From Candidatus Uhrbacteria bacterium (lineage in GTDB: Bacteria; Patescibacteriota; Patescibacteriia; UBA9934; GWF2-40-263), in contig JAERTI010000018.1 of the NCBI GenBank assembly GCA_016844925.1, forward strand, positions 1,221-65,220: a stretch of 64,000 nt of DNA, written 5' to 3'. Positions 59,101 through 64,000 of this stretch are shown one piece after another. The translations under genes and the position numbers were made by a program. A model generated the notes under the pieces. That model did no database searches. It worked only from the letters and a program-made list of their open reading frames with translations, and was not told the origin of the DNA. The first letter of the stretch is position 1. Every line of letters starts with the position of its first letter.

Positions 59101-62100
59101 GGTTGATCTGACCACTTGTGTCCACATCAAATGTTGTTGCATTCAAGTCAACAGTTTGTCCTGTTCCATCAATCAACGTTGTACCACTGGTAGATGTCAA
59201 TGTAAGTCCATTTGTACCAGATAGAGACAAGGTGTCTGTGGAAGAGAAGTTGGAAGCTGTTGCAGCGTCGAGAGAGATACCAGCAATCGCTGAGTCAATT
59301 GTGACGGCTGTTGAAGCATCGAGGTCGAGTGCTGCGTCTGCGGCGTTCAAGGTAAGAGCACCAGCAGATGTTGTGAAGTTTGAAGCTCCTGCAGCATCCA
59401 GGGAGATTCCAGCGGAAGCGTCCCAAGTACCTGCTGCAGAGTTGATGTCGACCGCACCGGTTGTGGTTACGTCGATCTCAGCAGCGTTTCCAGCAATGTT
59501 TACTCCACCGTTACCGTCGATCGTAAGTGCTCCGGATGAAGTAGTGAAGTTTGAAGCCTCAGCGGAGTCGAGGGAAATGGTTCCCGTTGCATCCAATGTG
59601 AGGTCATCATCTGTTGAGACAGTGAAGTCACCTGCGGTGGCCCCTCGTGCCGTGAAGGCGAAGGCTCCAGCGGAAGTGTCGAATGTACCGCTTGTTACGT
59701 CGAGATCAAGCGTACCTGCATCCATGTTCAGTGTGTTTCCGGTAGTGTCGATCGTCAGCTCACCACCCGTTGAATCAACGGTTACTCCGCCTGCACCCGT
59801 AAGGGTCAAGACGCCAGATGAAGTGGTGAAGTTTGAAGCTCCTGCTGCATCGAGAGAGATTCCTGCGGTAGCAGCATCAAGCGTGAGAGACGTTGATGAA
59901 TCTAGATCAAGAGCACCATCTGCAGCGTTCAAGACCAAGTTTCCAGCAGATGTTGTGAAGTTTGAAGCTCCTGCTGCGTCGAGGGAGATTCCAGCGGAAG
60001 CGTCCCATGTACCAGCAGCGGTATTCATGTCGAGTGCACCAGTTGTAGTGATGTCCACCTCAGCAGCGTTACCAGCAATGTTTACTCCACCTGCACCGTC
60101 GAGCGTGAGAGCTCCTGCGGCTGTGGTGAAGTTAGAAGCGGTAGCACCGTCGATGGAGATACCTGCGACAGCTGAGTCAATCGTTACGTCTGTTGAAGCG
60201 TCGAGGTCGAGAGCTGCGTCTGTAGCACTCAAGGTGAGCGCACCAACACTTGTTGTGAATCCAGATGCTCCTGCTGCTGTGAGGTTGATTCCTGCGGAAG
60301 CGTCCCAAGTACCAGCGGCGGAGTTTACGTCGACAGCACCAGTTGTAGTGATGTCCACCTCAGCAGCGTTACCAGCAATGTTTACTCCACCTGCACCGTT
60401 GAGCGTGAGAGCTCCTGCGGAGGTGGTGAAGTTTGAAGCGGTAGCGGAGTCGAGTGAGATGGCTCCGACAGAGTCGATAGCAATTCCACCGTTTGAAGCG
60501 TCGATGTCGATACCACCTGCATCAGCTGTTGCATCGAGGACGAGCGCTGTAGCTGCGCCGTTAGATGACTGCAAGGTGATGTTTGAAGCAGACTGAATGT
60601 CAATCGTGCTTGCTGTGTCATCGAAGTCGAATGTCAGAGCACGTGAGTTCTCACCCATCGTAATCTGATTGTCTGTTGTGTTGAGAATCTCAGCGTCGTT
60701 CGTCATTCGGATTTCAGCGAGACTTGCTGTACCTCCAGTGAAATCAAGACCGTAGTCGAAGGTTCCACCGAGCACTGTGAAGGCAGACTCTGTGTCGTCT
60801 CCCGTACCAGCACCCATAGTTACAGCGTAACCGTAGAGGTTCTCATCGTTTGTTGTTGAGTCGACTCCTGTGTAGTCGACATGCATTCCGATGACTCCAC
60901 CACCTGCTGCTGCAAGTGTGGCTGCGTTCAAGTAGTCAACGGAGATCAATGTTCCAGAAGTGTTTGAAGCGTCGATGTCGAGGAATGACGCAGAGGTCAT
61001 GTTTGATCCGTCGAAATCGATAGCGTCAATGTTTGTTGCTGGGGCCAAGTCGATTGAGTCAACAGCGAATACGCCGTTTACTTCGAGGTCACCAGCGACA
61101 CCCAGGTCATTGTCACCGTCAGCAACGGTGTAGGTTCCTGTACCAATATCTGTAAGTGCACCGTCGATCTGTACTTCTGTTGCAGCGTCGAGATCGAGTG
61201 TTGTTGCATTGAGATCAACCGTCTGTCCAGTTCCATCGAGGAGGAGTGTTCCTCCAGTTGAGGTAACCGTTACTCCACCTGCACCTGAGAGCGTGAGAGC
61301 TCCAGCTGCTGTAGTGAAGTTAGAGGCTGTTGCAGCGTCGAGTGAGATTCCAGCGACAGCAGCGTCAATGGTGACATCTGTCGAAGCGTCGAGATCGAGT
61401 GCTGCGTCTGCGGCGTTCAAGGTAAGAGCACCAGCAGATGTTGTGAAGTTTGAAGCTCCTGCAGCATCCAGGGAGATTCCAGCGGAAGCGTCCCATGTAC
61501 CGGCAGCGGTATTCATGTCGAGTGCACCGGTTGTGGTGATGTCTACCTCAGCAGCGTTACCAGCGATGTTTACTCCACCGTTACCGTCGAGAGTCAAAGC
61601 TCCTGCGGAGGTGGTGAAGTTTGAAGCGGCTGCACCATCGATAGAGATACCTGCGACAGCTGAGTCAATCGTTACGTCTGTTGAAGCGTCGAGGTCGAGA
61701 GCTGCGTCTGTAGCGCTCAGTGTGAGAGCACCAACACTTGTTGTGAATCCAGATGCTCCTGCTGCTGTGAGGTTGATTCCTGCGGAAGCGTCCCAAGTAC
61801 CAGCGGCGGAGTTTACGTCGACAGCACCAGTTGTAGTGATATCTACCTCAGCAGCGTTACCAGCTACGTTCACTCCACCTGCACCGTCGAGCGTGAGAGC
61901 TCCTGCGGAAGTGGTGAAGTTTGAAGCGGCTGCACCGTCTACTGATACACCACCGACAACAGAGTCAATGGTTACTGAGCTTGAACCATCGAGGTCCAGA
62001 CTTGCATCCTGTGCGTTCAGTGAAAGGTTGCCAGCGGATGTGTTGAAGTTTGAAGCTCCTGCGGCATCAAGGGAGATTCCAGCGGAAGCGTCCCAAGTAC

Positions 62101-64000
62101 CTGCTGCAGAGTTGATGTCGACCGCACCGGTTGTGGTTACGTCGATCTCAGCAGCGTTTCCAGCAATGTTTACTCCACCGTTACCGTCGAGCGTAAGCGC
62201 TCCTGCGGCTGTGGTGAAGTTGGAAGCTGTTGCAGCGTCGAGTGAAATTCCAGCGACCGCAGAGTCAATGGTGACATCTGTTGAAGCGTCGAGGTCGAGA
62301 GCTGCGTCTGTGGCGTTCAAAGTGAGCGCACCAGATGTTGTTGTGAAGTTTGAAGCTCCTGCGGCATCGATTGAGATACCGGCTGAAGCGTCCCAAGTAC
62401 CAGCACCTGAGTTGATATCGACTGCACCGGTTGTGGTGATGTCAATCTCAGCAGCGTTACCCTGGATGTTTACTCCAGCGGCACCGTCAAAGGTGAGGGC
62501 TCCACCTGAAGTGGTGAAGTTGGAAGCCTCAGCGGAGTCGAGGGAAATGGTTCCCGTTGCGTCCAATGTGAGGTCGTCGTCTGTAGAGACCGTGAAGTCA
62601 CCTGCCGTTGCTCCTCGCAATACGAGGGCCATGGATCCGCTTGCCGTGTCGAAAGTGACGTTGCTTGTCACGTCCACATCAAGGTTGGCTGCGTTGAAGT
62701 CCATGAGACCACCAGCGTTCAAGTCAATCTCACCTGCTCCATCGGAAGCGATAAGGTTGATGGCTGTGGCTGCTGCCTGAGATGATGTCAGGTTTACAGA
62801 ACCTGTTGTATCGAGATCATATCCACCTGTACCAGCATCTACATTGAGTCCGCCAGCTGTTCCAGATGCGTTGAACCAGAGAGATCCAGCTGTGCTCAAG
62901 CCAGAGTTGAGGGTGATACCACCAACGTCGGAAAGCACCTCAATGGAGTCCTGTCCGGTTCCCTGGTCTGCGTGGATGTCGATGCTCTCAGACGTTCCAC
63001 CGTTTGCGTGGAGGTAAATGGCCTGTCCAGCATCCTCTGTTGAGGTCAGGTTAATGGATGAACTTGCTGTGATGTCGATGTCCTCCCCTGCTGCCGCACC
63101 TGAGGCAGTAATGTCGATTCCACCGTCATCAGAGAGAACGTTTACTGAGTCAGCAGAACCTTCTGTTGAAGTGAGGTTCACTGCTGTGTTTGAAAGAAGG
63201 TCTAGATCTTCTCCGGCTGCCGCTCCGGCAACAGTAATGTCGATTCCACCAGCGCTTGTTGTAAGCGTGAGGGCGTCATTTCCTGTACCTGTTGAAATGA
63301 TGTCGAGAGAAGAGTCGAATGCACCTGCCACAGAAATCGTGAGGTCATCACCATTGGCTGTAGAGGTGAGGGTCATGTTGGAATCTGCGCCGATTGCGTC
63401 GATCGAAATGGAACCGCCGTCCGTTGTATCGATCTGAACACCACCTGTACCAGCGTCAATCTGAAGGTCTGTTGTGTCTCCACCGTGTCCAATACTGATG
63501 GAGTCAGCTGCTGTGGTGTCTGTCGCAATTGAGATGGTATCTGTCGCAACACCTGTACCAATGTTGATGGTGCGGTTTGCGTTAAAAGTACCAATGTTCA
63601 ATACACCACCTGAAGTTTGGTTGTTGATGGTGATGTTACCGTTGTCAGATGTCAGGTTGACGTCCTTGTTGGTTCCGTCAGCCGTGATGGAAACGTCTCC
63701 ACCAGCTGTCTGCAAGTCAAGGTCACCAGAATCCTGAACGTTCACCGCGAATCCTGTTGAGTTTCGTGTTGTCAGACTGATGGATCCAGCGTCCGCTGAG
63801 AGAATACCTGTTGTGTTGTTGGTAGCGTCGTAAGCATCAATGGTGATACCTGCGCCGGCTGTGCTATCAGCATCCAAAAGAATGGAGTCAGCGGCAGCTT
63901 CATTACCTACCAAATTCACAGATGCAGCGGAGGCAGTAAACGTGAGGTCACCAGCTGCTGTTGTAAATGTGGAAGCTGTTGCAGCTGTCAGGTCAATTCC
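56123..64000 (-). CDS. giant (>2598 aa; 5' end lies beyond the window) highly repetitive Ala/Gly/Thr/Ser/Asp-rich surface protein (beta-helix/fibre-like repeats) with a C-terminal acidic P/A/E/T tandem tail
   Basis: Continuous ORF open to the window edge. Roughly 55-aa units such as AGASNFTTSAGALTLDGAGGVNIAGNAAEVDITTTGAVDVNSAAGTWDASAGI recur dozens of times. A C-terminal unique domain is followed by (PAEE/TEET/VEEV)n. Confidence 0.8.
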   Translation of the reverse strand, partial: GIDLTAATASTFTTAAGDLTFTASAASVNLVGNEAAADSILLDADSTAGAGITIDAYDATNNTTGILSADAGSISLTTRNSTGFAVNVQDSGDLDLQTAGGDVSITADGTNKDVNLTSDNGNITINNQTSGGVLNIGTFNANRTINIGTGVATDTISIATDTTAADSISIGHGGDTTDLQIDAGTGGVQIDTTDGGSISIDAIGADSNMTLTSTANGDDLTISVAGAFDSSLDIISTGTGNDALTLTTSAGGIDITVAGAAAGEDLDLLSNTAVNLTSTEGSADSVNVLSDDGGIDITASGAAAGEDIDITASSSINLTSTEDAGQAIYLHANGGTSESIDIHADQGTGQDSIEVLSDVGGITLNSGLSTAGSLWFNASGTAGGLNVDAGTGGYDLDTTGSVNLTSSQAAATAINLIASDGAGEIDLNAGGLMDFNAANLDVDVTSNVTFDTASGSMALVLRGATAGDFTVSTDDDLTLDATGTISLDSAEASNFTTSGGALTFDGAAGVNIQGNAAEIDITTTGAVDINSGAGTWDASAGISIDAAGASNFTTTSGALTLNATDAALDLDASTDVTIDSAVAGISLDAATASNFTTAAGALTLDGNGGVNIAGNAAEIDVTTTGAVDINSAAGTWDASAGISLDAAGASNFNTSAGNLSLNAQDASLDLDGSSSVTIDSVVGGVSVDGAAASNFTTSAGALTLDGAGGVNVAGNAAEVDITTTGAVDVNSAAGTWDASAGINLTAAGASGFTTSVGALTLSATDAALDLDASTDVTIDSAVAGISIDGAAASNFTTSAGALTLDGNGGVNIAGNAAEVDITTTGALDMNTAAGTWDASAGISLDAAGASNFTTSAGALTLNAADAALDLDASTDVTIDAAVAGISLDAATASNFTTAAGALTLSGAGGVTVTSTGGTLLLDGTGQTVDLNATTLDLDAATEVQIDGALTDIGTGTYTVADGDNDLGVAGDLEVNGVFAVDSIDLAPATNIDAIDFDGSNMTSASFLDIDASNTSGTLISVDYLNAATLAAAGGGVIGMHVDYTGVDSTTNDENLYGYAVTMGAGTGDDTESAFTVLGGTFDYGLDFTGGTASLAEIRMTNDAEILNTTDNQITMGENSRALTFDFDDTASTIDIQSASNITLQSSNGAATALVLDATADAGGIDIDASNGGIAIDSVGAISLDSATASNFTTSAGALTLNGAGGVNIAGNAAEVDITTTGAVDVNSAAGTWDASAGINLTAAGASGFTTSVGALTLSATDAALDLDASTDVTIDSAVAGISIDGATASNFTTAAGALTLDGAGGVNIAGNAAEVDITTTGALDMNTAAGTWDASAGISLDAAGASNFTTSAGNLVLNAADGALDLDSSTSLTLDAATAGISLDAAGASNFTTSSGVLTLTGAGGVTVDSTGGELTIDTTGNTLNMDAGTLDLDVTSGTFDTSAGAFAFTARGATAGDFTVSTDDDLTLDATGTISLDSAEASNFTTSSGALTIDGNGGVNIAGNAAEIDVTTTGAVDINSAAGTWDASAGISLDAAGASNFTTSAGALTLNAADAALDLDASTAVTIDSAIAGISLDAATASNFSSTDTLSLSGTNGLTLTSTSGTTLIDGTGQTVDLNATTFDVDTSGQINLTSVQSSGTAIVLNATSDNAGIDIDASNGGIDLLATNGAISIDAQSASNFSSTNTLTLAGNAGLTLESSGGTIGISGSGQTVDLDAATFDVDTTGQINMTTTSTSGTAIVLNATADNAGIDIDASNGGIAMDSLGAISIDGIGASNLTTNGGSLTLEGAGVTVNSTAGTLLLNASGQTVDIDGTSLDVDTNGQINFTTTQAAANALVLNATADGGGLDIDASNGGIIMDAVGAISLDAAGPSNFTTTSGTLSLTGAAGITATSTGGTLALNGTGQIVDIDANSLDIDVGVTGYDMLSTGPVTIGSSLNNLEALVIEASAGGIDIAATGSSGEDISVSAHTSTLNLTGGEAAVAAINLTASAADAWVGVDAGTVDKTTHGMQIDFDNNSTDAAGLYIDADVGTALGAGEKSAGLKIETDGLGTDNASSLVVGLILDNTTTESAGYDIGILLDTDDHNWDFGVGMMYDATGTEQHITFGAGAPSGTGAHITYLDDAFSDVASTPHQGIKIDADGNGEIVMIETDDGTDTYATIFGPGNIDERTGNEIDGGTTGLVMLIAEADGSGDEDLFAVNKDGDVFAQNTTVAGADYAEYMLDGSGDLRAGELVSVDTSRTNAVVRSSTSAEAGLMGIVSSAPGVLGNSVLKNQAEAFAPIAFIGQVPVRVNNENGAIAVGDYITSSSTAGEGMKANAGDPTVAIALTPLSSGSGIVQGLVSRNNGSNIQGGTSTGDLLSSGTVTESAATVSVVSDAFEGSVTVAEHLYGSRDMAGRARLAAGATEVRVNFENEYQFLPIVTFSVRTDEYIPGRLWVSDEDTTGFTINHSAGSTTAFDIELNWISVGVEEAVITISDGTEEEVEVTVTSDVAAEAGAAVIAEAAAEAAAEEAATEEPAAEETTEETASETPAEEPVVEETVEEVVEEVAEEPAAEETTEETAPETPAEEPVVEETVEEVVEETVVEETVEEVVEEVVAEEPAAEETAPEAAPETPAEEPAV
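56135..56460. repeat. three tandem copies of a roughly 110-140 nt unit encoding the acidic PAEE/TEET tail
   Basis: CTGGCTCTTCAGCCGGTGTCTCTGGGGCAG... recurs at about 56135, 56278 and 56386. Confidence 0.6.
57900..62700. repeat. long, near-identical intragenic duplications (roughly 330 nt periodicity plus blocks more than 120 nt identical about 1.5-2.7 kb apart) within the giant gene
   Basis: For example, 59401-59520 is identical to 62071-62190, and 59341-59400 is identical to 61411-61470. Confidence 0.6.

Noticed and set aside
59118-62780. Long plus-strand ORFs (492 aa and 523 aa) antisense to the giant repetitive gene
   Set aside because: They are low-complexity A/S/V/P translations of the opposite strand of a repetitive, stop-poor coding sequence. 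There is no RBS or independent signal, so they are shadow ORFs.
56123-63919. Regular DNA periodicity that might suggest a CRISPR array
   Set aside because: The repeats are in-frame coding repeats of variable length with no short unique spacers and no cas genes, so this is not CRISPR.

Overview
This is a 64 kb chromosomal segment from a bacterium whose backbone is about 46-52% GC, with almost all genes between 28 and 49140 on the minus strand. Housekeeping genes dominate: serS, prfB with its programmed +1 frameshift, groES-groEL, nusA, a short YidC, rsmA/ksgA, tsaC, a GalE-like epimerase, argS, valS, mscS, bactofilin, tRNA-Val(TAC) and tRNA-Leu(GAG). The short YidC, a Gram-positive-type minimal type IV secretion cluster, giant secreted proteins and many acidic low-complexity tails suggest a reduced-genome monoderm-like lineage, possibly CPR/Patescibacteria-like; this is inference. 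Accessory content includes a T4SS-like cluster (VirB4-like ATPase, VirB6-like membrane protein and small membrane proteins), two giant extracellular proteins (3378 aa, and >2598 aa running off the window), six short GC-rich segments (about 60-65% GC by hand count) carrying envelope or secreted proteins, two O-antigen-ligase-like membrane proteins and a second divergent kinase-like protein. No CRISPR array, transposase or integrase was recognised.
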